Below are positions 1 to 9,848 of a stretch of DNA of 32,000 bases, piece by piece. The stretch is from the NCBI RefSeq assembly GCF_000186885.1, contig NC_014972.1, forward strand, positions 3,090,001-3,122,000, read 5' to 3'. This DNA comes from Desulfobulbus propionicus DSM 2032. Lineage in GTDB: Bacteria; Desulfobacterota; Desulfobulbia; Desulfobulbales; Desulfobulbaceae. The translations under genes and the position numbers were made by a program. How positions within the stretch are numbered: position 1 is the first letter of the stretch; each line of letters opens with the position of its first letter. The notes below the pieces were generated by a model, which was not told the origin of the DNA, searched no databases, and saw nothing but the letters and a program-made list of their open reading frames with translations.

Positions 1-189
1 CTTGCGTAGAAGGTAAAAAGGCCCTATATTGAGCCCTGGACCCATAAAACAAAAAAGCCCCATGCTCGATGATTGGCGTCGGAGAGCACAGGGCAAAAAT
101 GGAAGACACATGAACAATACTGCCTGCTTCAAAGATTGTCAAGCCCGCCTTAACTTTCCCACCCACCTGCCCACAGTTCCTTGTCTGTT

Positions 190-211
190 GTACTCTATGA
201 CAATAGAGTAC
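190..211. repeat. Perfect 9-bp inverted repeat GTACTCTAT-GACA-ATAGAGTAC, 29 bp upstream of the Rep-like start codon
   Basis: Read directly from the sequence. It overlaps a candidate -35 (ATGACA, 197-202), which is followed after 17 nt by TAAATA (220-225). Possible operator or nick-site hairpin. Confidence 0.85.
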
Positions 212-239
212 CCTATAGCTAAATAATTCAATCGTCACG

Positions 240-1037
240 ATGAAACGGTTATTTAGCAAACTCTCCAGCCCCCAGAGGAAGGCTCTTTATTGCCTGACCG
301 AAAATGTTGAACGTTTCGTTGGGCAGTACGGGAGGGACCGCGTAGCGGTCATGACCCTTACTTTCCCAGATCACTTAACAGACCCCAGAGAAGCATCGAA
401 GCGGTTGAACTCTTTCATGAGTAATTTCCTTCGTGAAAGGATTGGCTCTTTTATCACGGTCAGGGAATTGCATGAAAGTGGTTCATGGCATTACCACCTT
501 CTTGTTGCTTTCCAGGCCCCTATTTGCCTTGGTTTTCGATGGAAATACGCCAAGGACCACAAGGCTATCCCGGTATTCAAAACCGCAACCAAGGCCCTGA
601 AAACGCTCTGGAGAGACATTCGTGAGGCCGCCCCAAAGTACGGTTTTGGTCGTTCAGAAATCCTTCCAGTCCGAACTGGCAAGGGTCTTGCAAAGTATTT
701 CAGCAAGGTCATTCTCCAAAGAGCCCTGGACCCTGAACGATTCAAGGGTGTCCGCCTGGTCAGCTACTCCAGGAATTTCCTACGGTCTGTTGCCCGCTTC
801 GCGTGGAATAACCCGTATACCCGAGATTTCCGCCGTAAAGTGAAACGGTTTGCTACCGAATTGCTTGGTATCACTGAGAAATTGACAGATGAGCCGCCGG
901 ATGTTGATTGGCTGAGTTACCTATTCCCAGCCTGGTTCTGGCGATACGGAAAAGTCATCGACGGCATTGACCGTATCCTTGCCCAGCCGGACCTTGCCAA
1001 TATGTACCGGCACACCATCCAGCCCGCAGAGTTCTAA
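240..1037 (+). CDS. HUH-superfamily rolling-circle replication initiator (Rep)-like protein
   Basis: 265-aa ORF carrying the three Rep motifs in canonical order: VMTLTFPD (motif I), SWHYHLLVAF (HUH, codons at 489-497) and GLAKYFSKV (YxxK-type catalytic Tyr, codon 696-698). No obvious Shine-Dalgarno sequence. Assigned by motif recognition only. Confidence 0.6.
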   Translation: MKRLFSKLSSPQRKALYCLTENVERFVGQYGRDRVAVMTLTFPDHLTDPREASKRLNSFMSNFLRERIGSFITVRELHESGSWHYHLLVAFQAPICLGFRWKYAKDHKAIPVFKTATKALKTLWRDIREAAPKYGFGRSEILPVRTGKGLAKYFSKVILQRALDPERFKGVRLVSYSRNFLRSVARFAWNNPYTRDFRRKVKRFATELLGITEKLTDEPPDVDWLSYLFPAWFWRYGKVIDGIDRILAQPDLANMYRHTIQPAEF

Positions 1038-1155
1038 TCCTTTCAGGAAGCCCCCTATCCGCCCCGTAGAGCAAGATTTAACCCTTGGCCTATACCTAAT
1101 ACCCATTGACCTTGTTTTTTGATTGTAGGCCGTTTCTGTGGAGCTTCATTGATGG

Positions 1156-1187
1156 TTGACAGGTGTTCTCCAGGTGTGTTACATAAT
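1156..1187 (+). promoter_or_regulatory. Candidate promoter/operator upstream of the serine recombinase: perfect TTGACA plus two CAGGTGT direct repeats
   Basis: TTGACA sits at 1156-1161. CAGGTGT occurs at 1160-1166 and again at 1171-1177, an 11-bp period. The -10 is only weak (TACATA/CATAAT around 1180-1187). Confidence 0.3.
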
Positions 1188-1233
1188 ATCAAACGTTCGT
1201 ATGAAGGTTTGTAACATACCAGGGAGGAACGCA

Positions 1234-2142
1234 ATGGAAGGCCGTTTTGTGACATATTACCGAGTGAGTACAGCCAAGCAGGGCCGGTCCGGTTTGGGCC
1301 TGGAAGCGCAGAAAGAGACGGTGACCCGCTACCTGAATGGCGGTAACTGGGAAGTGGTTGGCACATATACCGAGGTGGAAAGCGGAAAGCGGGATGACCG
1401 GCCCGAACTGGAAAAGGCGATCAGGGATTGTAAGTTGAAAGGTGCCCGGCTGTTGGTGGCCAAGCTGGACCGACTGAGCCGTGACCTGCATTTCATTACC
1501 AGCTTGCAAAAGGCCGGTGTGCCCTTCACCGTTGCCGAGATGCCGGACGCAACAGAGTTGACCGTGCACATATACGCCGCCATGGCCGAACATGAACGCA
1601 AGGTTATTTCCCAGCGCACCAGGGCCGCCTTACAGGCCGCCAAGGCAAAAGGAAAGAAGCTGGGGAACCCCTGCTTACAGCGTGGCGAGCAGATACCCGG
1701 CAGCGGTGCCCCTAAGAACGCCAACAAGGCCCGGATTGAGAAGGCCGACGACTTCGCCCGACAGATGGCCCAGATCATCCAGGAAATGCGCTCTGAGGGT
1801 GATTCACTCCGGGATATAGCCGACAGTTTGAATAATGCTGGGTACAGGACCGCACGGGGAAAGGAATGGCAGGCAGCCAGCGTGAAGCGTGTTCTTGACA
1901 GGGTGACACCGAGGGAACCCGAAATGAAAATGATTGTTATGGGTGATGCTGCACCAAAGTCTTTTGACGGAACCACCCCAAAAACCCATAACCTTCTTGA
2001 TGCCCACAAAATTGTCAAACAATTCAACAAAGAGCATCGTGGCCTTAAGGCCGAGATCGGCGAAGTCATGTACAAGCAGGAGAGTTTTGTTGTCCTGGTT
2101 TTTGACACGAATGACGACAATCGGTTCTGGGGATACCTCTAA
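1234..2142 (+). CDS. Serine recombinase (resolvase/invertase family) with a ~70-aa C-terminal extension
   Basis: The N-terminus FVTYYRVSTAKQGRSGLGLEAQ contains the catalytic Ser. Also present are LVAKLDRLSRD and an HTH-like SLRDIADSLNNAGYRTARGKEW. The start at 1234 was chosen because AGGGAGG lies 7 nt upstream; the ORF-track start at 1156 adds non-homologous residues. Confidence 0.85.
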   Translation: MEGRFVTYYRVSTAKQGRSGLGLEAQKETVTRYLNGGNWEVVGTYTEVESGKRDDRPELEKAIRDCKLKGARLLVAKLDRLSRDLHFITSLQKAGVPFTVAEMPDATELTVHIYAAMAEHERKVISQRTRAALQAAKAKGKKLGNPCLQRGEQIPGSGAPKNANKARIEKADDFARQMAQIIQEMRSEGDSLRDIADSLNNAGYRTARGKEWQAASVKRVLDRVTPREPEMKMIVMGDAAPKSFDGTTPKTHNLLDAHKIVKQFNKEHRGLKAEIGEVMYKQESFVVLVFDTNDDNRFWGYL

Positions 2143-2163
2143 AAAAAAACCGAAATCATGGAG

Positions 2164-2193
2164 TGGTCCATATACCCTACGGGTATATGACCA
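2164..2193. terminator. Hairpin between the convergent recombinase and integrase genes
   Basis: TGGTCCATATACCC-TAC-GGGTATATGACCA forms a 13-bp stem with one bulge. A9 at 2141-2149 gives a T-run on the minus strand ~10 nt after the stem. Not a textbook intrinsic terminator. Confidence 0.4.
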
Positions 2194-2209
2194 CCCATGT
2201 GCCACTCAT

Positions 2210-3664
2210 TCAGCCCTTCACCTCTGGGAAATTCAACAAGCGAACCACTTCGTAAAGTGCCGCCAAAGGAAAAGCCTTTCCGTACCGCCCGGTTGAAATG
2301 TTCGGGTCAGAATGGCCCATAAGCTGGGCAATCTTCAGCGGATCAACCCCAGCCTGTTTCAAAGCATCGGCAAAGCAATGCCGGAATGAGTGAAAGCACT
2401 TGTTCGGTTTCCCGTCGCCCTTTTTGGTTCTTCCTATCCCCAGGGTTTTACGATAATTGGCAAACCAGCGAGAGAGCTTGTCCCCTGGCCCGTTTCCAGT
2501 GTCCCACGCTTCCGGAAATAGCCGTTCATGGCCCGCCGCCTTGGTCCGTGAAACATGGTCCAGGAAACCGCGCTGAATGATGACCGGGTGCAATGGTATT
2601 TCACGTTGAGAAGCCGTTGTCTTGAGCTTCCCAGCCTCTTTTGCAATACGGATGGCCCATAGCCCTGGTTCAGCCTCAAAAACGTCTTGAACGCGAAGCT
2701 GGGCAAGCTCCTGAGCCCTTGCACCGGTGTAGAGGGCAAGTAGGGTGCACCAATACTGAAATGGTTTGCGGATTTTCTCAGGGGTGAACCGTTCAGGGTC
2801 AAAGAGCTTGCCCAGGTCGTCCGAATCAAAGACCGCCCGTTCTTCGCTGGCCTTACTTTGAAGCCTCATTTTCAATCCCTCAAAAACATTCACCGTTGTG
2901 TATCCATGCCGGACCGCCCACAAGAAAAGGCTGGATGTCCTCTGAACCTTTTCATTGATGGTTCTGGGGTGCATCTTTGCACTGTCGGGGATGTTCATTT
3001 GAAGGAGTTGACGAACAGATTTACCGGCAAAACGACCTTTGGTCATATTTGAGGGCAGCTTGAGTAAAACTTCTTTGAAGGTGCGGGCTTCCTTGTGCCC
3101 AATGGCTGCTATATCGACATTCCCAAGGATTTGAGAAAGCAACTCATGAAGCGCTTTGTGTTCGTCGTGGGTTTTCTGAGTCCATGAGCCCTCAGTGACC
3201 TTTTCGGCCCGGTACTTTTCGGCGACCTTTAGCAACTTGCCCCCGGTTGATTCTTTGGCGGTCGAAATGGCTGTTGGTGCAGTGCTCTGGATGCTTCCGA
3301 GTAGTTGCCCGGCAACCTCTGCGTCCTTCTTGTCGCAACCCGTATCAATGACAACACCCTTGGCCTTGGCCCCACTGGGCAGGGTCAGTTCATCGAAAAC
3401 GATCTTTTGTAGGGAGTCGTCTTTTTTGGCCGGTCGTTTCCGCTTCCGCATTGGTTCGCCCTTCTCCAGTTTCTCAAAATAATCTTGCAATTCCGAGTAT
3501 AAACGATAGGCAACCGGGATTGCAACCCGCTTATCAGCAGTCCCCAGGCTACGCTTGATTTCAACTTTGCCGACGATGGCCTGAAGGTGGCCCGGAACCC
3601 GGAGCCGAAAATAAAGAAGACCGCTGGAAGGATGCCGCGAAAGAAAAGAAAATGCCCGAATCAT
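2210..3664 (-). CDS. Tyrosine recombinase / phage-type integrase
   Basis: Catalytic signature is present: YTGARAQELAQL (Arg), HSFRHCFADAL (HxxR) and GHSDPNISTGRYGK (His...Tyr). The N-terminus LLYFRLRVPGHL is typical of island integrases. The start at 3664 (MIRAF...) was preferred over 3733. Confidence 0.9.
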   Translation of the reverse strand: MIRAFSFLSRHPSSGLLYFRLRVPGHLQAIVGKVEIKRSLGTADKRVAIPVAYRLYSELQDYFEKLEKGEPMRKRKRPAKKDDSLQKIVFDELTLPSGAKAKGVVIDTGCDKKDAEVAGQLLGSIQSTAPTAISTAKESTGGKLLKVAEKYRAEKVTEGSWTQKTHDEHKALHELLSQILGNVDIAAIGHKEARTFKEVLLKLPSNMTKGRFAGKSVRQLLQMNIPDSAKMHPRTINEKVQRTSSLFLWAVRHGYTTVNVFEGLKMRLQSKASEERAVFDSDDLGKLFDPERFTPEKIRKPFQYWCTLLALYTGARAQELAQLRVQDVFEAEPGLWAIRIAKEAGKLKTTASQREIPLHPVIIQRGFLDHVSRTKAAGHERLFPEAWDTGNGPGDKLSRWFANYRKTLGIGRTKKGDGKPNKCFHSFRHCFADALKQAGVDPLKIAQLMGHSDPNISTGRYGKAFPLAALYEVVRLLNFPEVKG

Positions 3665-3694
3665 GTACCACCCCTGTGTACCTGTTTGTGTACC
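3664..3694 (-). repeat. Three direct repeats of GGTACA(CA) immediately upstream of and overlapping the integrase start codon
   Basis: On the plus strand: TGTACC at 3664-3669, TGTGTACC at 3675-3682 and TGTGTACC at 3687-3694, a 12-13 bp period. They lie between int and the tRNA-proximal end of the element. Confidence 0.8.
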
Positions 3695-3749
3695 AGTGAG
3701 GAATGATTCGGGCAATATATGTTGTAATCTCAACAGATTACAAATAAAA

Positions 3750-3826
3750 TGGTGGCGATGCAGGGACTTGAACCCCGGACACTACGGATATGAGCCGTAT
3801 GCTCTAACCGGCTGAGCTACATCGCC
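3750..3826 (-). tRNA. tRNA-Met (anticodon CAT), elongator type, CCA encoded
   Basis: The reverse complement folds as a cloverleaf: acceptor GGCGATG/CATCGCC, D stem GCTC/GAGC, anticodon stem TACGG/CCGTA with loop CTCATAT, T stem CGGGG/CCCTG with loop TTCAAGT. It is not initiator-like (G1-C72 is paired and there is no GGG/CCC anticodon stem). tRNA-Ile2 (lysidine-modified CAT) cannot be excluded by eye. Confidence 0.9.
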
Positions 3827-3860
3827 GTATCTCAAAAAGCCTACGGGCTTGAACCGGAGC

Positions 3861-3889
3861 AATATCTTAAAAATTTTTCCGTTTGTCAA
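3861..3889 (-). promoter_or_regulatory. Candidate sigma-70 promoter for the tRNA gene
   Basis: On the minus strand: TTGACA (3889-3884), a 17-nt spacer, then GATATT (3866-3861), ~35 nt upstream of the mature tRNA 5' end. Confidence 0.5.
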
Positions 3890-3932
3890 CAACAAAACTG
3901 TTGAGGGACAAGCCGCTTGTTGATTTTTGTGC

Positions 3933-3975
3933 AAAAAAAAAAGCCCTTTCCCGGCGAGGTCGACGGAAAAGGGCC
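3933..3975 (-). terminator. Rho-independent terminator of groESL
   Basis: Minus strand reads GCCCTTTTCC-GTCGACCTCGCCG-GGAAAGGGC followed by T10, ~40 nt after the groEL stop codon. Confidence 0.8.
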
Positions 3976-4013
3976 AACGTACAGCGACAGTCAGCGCTGG
4001 ACAGCGGGACGGA

Positions 4014-5675
<1,662 letters not shown>

Positions 5676-5703
5676 TTAATTAACGAATGGATGGATATCG
5701 TTT

Positions 5704-5994
5704 TTACGCCTGAACCACACCAAGGATATCATCCTCGCGCATAATGAGAAAATCCTCGCCGTCCAGCTTGACCTCGGTGCCGCCGTATTTGGAGAACAGC
5801 ACGCGATCACCAACGGCCACATCCATGGCCACCCGCTCGCCGGCGTCATTGAGCTTGCCAGGGCCAACGGCGACGATCTCGCCCTCGGCCGGTTTTTCCT
5901 TGGCCGAGTCCGGGATAATGATGCCGCCAGCGGTTTTCTCCTCTCCTTCCAATCGTTTGACCAAGATGCGGTCATTCAATGGACGAATTTTCAT
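5704..5994 (-). CDS. groS: Co-chaperonin GroES (10 kDa)
   Basis: [52 protein letters not shown] lies 6 nt upstream of the ATG at 5994. The ORF-track start at 6084 is a spurious extension. Confidence 0.97.
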   Translation of the reverse strand: MKIRPLNDRILVKRLEGEEKTAGGIIIPDSAKEKPAEGEIVAVGPGKLNDAGERVAMDVAVGDRVLFSKYGGTEVKLDGEDFLIMREDDILGVVQA

Positions 5995-6146
5995 GAGCAT
6001 TCCTCCTGTTTGATTTTTATCGATAGTGAAATAAAAAAACGTTTGCGCCGATGGGGTAGTTTGGTTGTCCAACGGTCGGCTCAAACCGTGTGTATGGACG
6101 AAAACGAAGCTTCAGTCTTCAAACTGCGCAAAACAATAGGATTGGA

Positions 6147-6196
6147 TTTTGAAAAATCAAGGGCGGGTTGGGCGAAAAAATTATCAGCCCAACCCG
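6147..6196 (-). terminator. Probable terminator downstream of ilvE
   Basis: Perfect 10-bp stem CGGGTTGGGC (6164-6173) / GCCCAACCCG (6187-6196) with a 13-nt loop. On the minus strand it is followed by CCCTTGATTTTTCAAAA. Confidence 0.5.
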
Positions 6197-6245
6197 TTGA
6201 AATGAAAGGAATTTGAAAAACAGGAAGGAAAAAACCGGTGGCGGT

Positions 6246-7331
6246 TCAGCCAACCCGGACACGCCATTTGTGGGGGTCTTCCCGATCGCCGAACTGGATG
6301 GCCTGCAACTCGTCGAACAGCCGCTGGGCCAGCGGACCGGTGGTGCCGCCGTTGAGCTGGATGTGCTGGTCACGATAACAGAACTCGCCAACCGGCGAGA
6401 TAACCGCCGCTGTGCCGGTGCCGAAACTCTCCTGCAGGGTGCCGTTCTTGCTGGCGGCGATCACCTCGTCAATGGTGATGCGGCGCTCGCTGACCGGGTA
6501 CCCCCAGTCGCGCGCCAGCTGCAACACCGAATCCCGGGTGATGCCGGGGAGGATCGACCCCTCCAGCGGCGGGGTGATCAACTCGCCGTCGATGAGGAAG
6601 AAGATGTTGGAGGTGCCGACCTCCTCGATGTAGCGACGCTCGACCGCATCGAGCCACAGCACCTGGGTGTAGCCCTTGTCGTGGGCCTCGACCTGGGCCT
6701 TGACGCTGGCCGCGTAGTTGCCGGCGGTCTTGGCGTTGCCCACTCCGCCCGGCACCGCCCGCACGTACTGGTCTTCCACGTAGATTCTGGTCGGGGCAAA
6801 GCCTTCGGCATAGTAGGCGCCGACCGGACAGCAGATGATGAAAAACAGGTACTCCTCGGCCGGACGCAGGCCCAGGGCCGGTTCGGTGGCGATCATGGTC
6901 GGCCGGATATACAGGGTCGCTCCCGGCGTCTTGGGTACCCATTCCTGATCGAGATAGACCATGGCGCGCAGGGCCTGGAGAACGCGGTCCTGCGGAAAGC
7001 GCGGCATGCAGATGCGCAGGGCCGACTGGTTCATGCGGGTGAAATTGTCGGCCGGCCGGAAGAGGAAAATTTGGTCGTCCTTGCTGCGATAGGCCTTCAT
7101 GCCCTCGAAAATGGCCTGCCCATAGTGAAAGACCATGGCCGCCGGATCGAGTTCGAAATTGCGATAGGGTTCGATGACCGCGTCGTGCCAGCCCTGCCGG
7201 CGGTTCCAGCGCATGGTAAACATGTGGTCGGTGAAGAACTGCCCAAACCCCAGACTGTTTTGATCCGGTTTCGGTTTCAACTGATCGGCCGATGCCTTGT
7301 GCAGCGTAACTTCAAGCTCCTTGTTGAACAT
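6246..7331 (-). CDS. ilvE: Branched-chain amino acid aminotransferase (fold type IV, long form)
   Basis: 361 aa containing FGQFFTDHMF, FHYGQAIFEGMKAYR, GGVGNAKTAGNYAAS and GTGTAAVISPV. AAGGTGA RBS upstream. Confidence 0.93.
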   Translation of the reverse strand: MFNKELEVTLHKASADQLKPKPDQNSLGFGQFFTDHMFTMRWNRRQGWHDAVIEPYRNFELDPAAMVFHYGQAIFEGMKAYRSKDDQIFLFRPADNFTRMNQSALRICMPRFPQDRVLQALRAMVYLDQEWVPKTPGATLYIRPTMIATEPALGLRPAEEYLFFIICCPVGAYYAEGFAPTRIYVEDQYVRAVPGGVGNAKTAGNYAASVKAQVEAHDKGYTQVLWLDAVERRYIEEVGTSNIFFLIDGELITPPLEGSILPGITRDSVLQLARDWGYPVSERRITIDEVIAASKNGTLQESFGTGTAAVISPVGEFCYRDQHIQLNGGTTGPLAQRLFDELQAIQFGDREDPHKWRVRVG

Positions 7332-7881
7332 CTTTTCACCTTGTGCTCGCCGGTTTGCTCCAACCGGTTTCGTGTTGTCTTGAACATAGATTGCGGGCCC
7401 GCGGATGCAGGAAAAAGCGGTGCTCTTCGCGCGCCGCCAGGCAGCCCTGACCGGTTGCCCACCCTTTCAACTCAAACCGCGACAATCCGGGGAGAATACT
7501 CCATAGACCTCTTTGGCACAAGCGGCGCGCGCCCATTTCGGCGTAAATTTCGCCAATCACCCGACAGCCGCGGCCTTTTTTCCTGCTCGTGGCGGCCGAC
7601 AACGATCAGGCCGTGGTTGATGACCGCAAGCCCGGCCAGAGCCGGTGACAGCCTCAGGCAAAGGCTCGGCAACAATGCGGCATCGCAAATTTTTACAGTC
7701 TCTTCTCCATGCGGTTAAAAAATTTGACAACCCTCTCCGGTGGTGAGTGAATAGGCAAGAGGACCATTCATTCTTCGTCCCAGCAACGACCACACCGGAC
7801 ATGGCCCCCACCATGGCGGTTTCTGGCTTGTTTTCATGTCGTTGTTGGGCCGCTCACCCATTCATTGCACAAGAGGTAGGT

Positions 7882-9555
7882 ATGTTGAACAATTTCAAAG
7901 TGGGAACCAGGTTGTTTTTCGGATTCGGACTGGTCATGGCGCTGCTGCTGCTCGTGGGCGGTTACGCGATCAAATCGATCAAGGGTTTGGACGAACAGAT
8001 CGAGCTGGTGGTCAACGACCGGATGGTTAAGGTCGGTCTCACCCAGGACGTCATGGACCATGTCAACATCATTGCCCGCGCCCTGCGCAACGTCCTCATC
8101 GATGACAGCAAGGACCGGCAAGCGGCCGAATTCAACCGCATCGCCGAATCGCGGAAAATCGTCGGGGAACGCGTCGAGGAACTGAACAGAAAGATGTCGA
8201 CCGACAAAGGCAAGGAACTGATCAGGAAGGTTATCGACGCCCGCGAGCCCTATGTGCGCCAGACCGAATCCTACATGGCGTTGATCAAGGAGGGACAGAT
8301 CGACCGGGCCAAGAAAATGCTGCTGTCCGAGGTCCGGGACGCACAGGGCGCCTACATAACGACAATCCAGGAAATTTGCACCTATATCGAGGAGGTGGCC
8401 AAGAAAGACGGAGAAAAGGCCGAGGTTGCCGCCAACACGGCCACACGCACCGTTGCCGTGCTGATGGGCATCGCCCTGGTCTTGAGCGCGGTCCTGGCCG
8501 TTATCATCGCCCGCGGCATCACCATTCCGGCCCACGCCTGTACCGCGTTCTTGCAGATGCTGGCGCAGAACGATTTTTCCAAGGATGTGCCGGAACTGTT
8601 TCGGGCGCGGCGCGACGAATTCGGCACGCTTGCCAACGCCACCCAAGCCATGGTGAACAACACCCGCCAATTGCTCAAGGACACCCTGCAGGGCGTGCAG
8701 GTGGTTGCCACCTCCTCCAACGATTTGGCCGCCGTTTCCAGGCATCTGACCTCGGCCGCCAAGGACACCGCCGACAAATCGGGCGCCGTCGCCGCCGCCG
8801 CCGAACAGATGAACAGCAACATGCAGTCGGTCTCGGCCGCCATGGAGCAGTCGTCCAGCAACGTCAACATGGTCGCCTCCTCCACCGAGGAGATGACCGC
8901 CACGGTCAACGAGATTGCCCACAACGCCGAGAAAGCGCGCTCCATTTCCGAGGGCGCGGTCAAACAGTCCCGCCAGGCCACGGAAAAAATGACGCTCCTG
9001 GGCGAGACGGCGCGCAAGATCGGCCGGGTGACCGAGACCATCACCGAGATCTCCGAGCAGACCAATCTGCTGGCGCTCAACGCCACCATCGAGGCGGCGC
9101 GCGCCGGCGAGGCGGGCAAGGGATTCGCGGTCGTCGCCAACGAGATCAAGGAACTGGCGCGGCAGACGGCAGACGCCACCGTGGACATCAAGAACCAGAT
9201 CGGCGGCATGCAGACCACCACCGCCACCACGGTGGAAGATATCGACCGCATCTCCCAGGTTATCACCGAGATCAACAGCGTCATCCAGGGGATCGCCACG
9301 GCGGTGGAAGAGCAGTCGGCCGCCTCGAGCGAGATCAGCGGCAATATCGCCCAAGCCTCCCAGGGCATTGCCGAAGTCAACGAGAACGTTGCCCAAAGCA
9401 CGGTGGTCATTGCCGACATGGCCCGGGACATTGCCGGCATCAATCAGCAGGCGGCCCAGGTGGGAGAGGGCAGCGGGCAGGTGCAGGTGAGCGCCCAGGG
9501 TCTCTCCGAAATGGCAGCCCAGCTGGATGCCCTGGTGAAAAAATTCAAGGTCTGA
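7882..9555 (+). CDS. Methyl-accepting chemotaxis protein (N-terminal TM/helical sensor, HAMP, MCP signalling domain)
   Basis: Contains the highly conserved hairpin tip [35 protein letters not shown]. Two TM segments. The start at 7882 is preceded by AGAGGTAGG; the ORF-track start at 7747 is rejected. Confidence 0.9.
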   Translation: MLNNFKVGTRLFFGFGLVMALLLLVGGYAIKSIKGLDEQIELVVNDRMVKVGLTQDVMDHVNIIARALRNVLIDDSKDRQAAEFNRIAESRKIVGERVEELNRKMSTDKGKELIRKVIDAREPYVRQTESYMALIKEGQIDRAKKMLLSEVRDAQGAYITTIQEICTYIEEVAKKDGEKAEVAANTATRTVAVLMGIALVLSAVLAVIIARGITIPAHACTAFLQMLAQNDFSKDVPELFRARRDEFGTLANATQAMVNNTRQLLKDTLQGVQVVATSSNDLAAVSRHLTSAAKDTADKSGAVAAAAEQMNSNMQSVSAAMEQSSSNVNMVASSTEEMTATVNEIAHNAEKARSISEGAVKQSRQATEKMTLLGETARKIGRVTETITEISEQTNLLALNATIEAARAGEAGKGFAVVANEIKELARQTADATVDIKNQIGGMQTTTATTVEDIDRISQVITEINSVIQGIATAVEEQSAASSEISGNIAQASQGIAEVNENVAQSTVVIADMARDIAGINQQAAQVGEGSGQVQVSAQGLSEMAAQLDALVKKFKV

Positions 9556-9567
9556 TTCTTCCCATTC

Positions 9568-9605
9568 CCCGGCGGAGTCGCTCCAGGCTCCGCCGGGCCC
9601 GTTTT
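9568..9605 (+). terminator. Probable terminator after the MCP gene
   Basis: 10-bp stem CCCGGCGGAG (9568-9577) / CTCCGCCGGG (9588-9597), followed by CCCGTTTTCG. Confidence 0.5.
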
Positions 9606-9848
9606 CGCCACCCGCAAGCACCCCTCCTTCGACCCGTCTCTCCCCCATCAGCGCCGGCAACCGTCAACGTCAGACAGGTGCCGGCGAACCAGCCCGGAGC
9701 CCGACGACGGTCAACGCAGGTAATTTCCCCCGACAGGGCATGGAAATCACCTTGACCACGATCGTGCATTAGGGGTTTAATGCCCGGTCCGAGGCCTCGG
9801 CTGTGCGGGGCCTGTACATGCAACCCCGGATCAATCAAAGGAAACGCC

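Larger units (their letters stand above)
1..3749. mobile_element. Integrative genetic element (partial). The right end abuts the 3' end of tRNA-Met(CAT); the left end is outside the window
   Basis: A tyrosine integrase gene starts ~85 bp from the tRNA 3' end, the classic tRNA-targeted island arrangement. The element also carries a serine recombinase and an HUH Rep-like gene. The block is visibly less GC-rich than the sequence from 3900 onward. No second copy of the tRNA 3' end (att repeat) is present in 1-3749, so the element is not delimited here. Confidence 0.7.

Noticed and set aside
29-226. 65-aa ORF at the left edge of the window
   Set aside because: No RBS and no recognisable motif. 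It overlaps the candidate rep promoter and inverted repeat.
3846-3860. GGGCTTGAACCGGAG, resembling the tRNA T-arm region (GGGACTTGAACCCCGGAC), on the 5' side of the tRNA gene
   Set aside because: It is only ~15 nt with indels, and it lies on the side of the tRNA away from the island. Chance resemblance is more likely than an att relic.
5995-6245. Search for a CIRCE/HrcA operator and a sigma-32 promoter upstream of groES
   Set aside because: There is no CIRCE-like inverted repeat. The CCCCATC element has a poor and mis-spaced -35, so no regulatory feature was called.
6213-7718. 501-aa plus-strand ORF opposite ilvE
   Set aside because: It is antisense to a well-supported ilvE, and its composition is typical of a spurious GC-rich frame.
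7834-9660. 608-aa minus-strand ORF and the 8376-9755 plus-strand alternative frame over the MCP gene
   Set aside because: The MCP frame carries the conserved signalling hairpin. The others are Arg/Gly/His-rich shadow ORFs.
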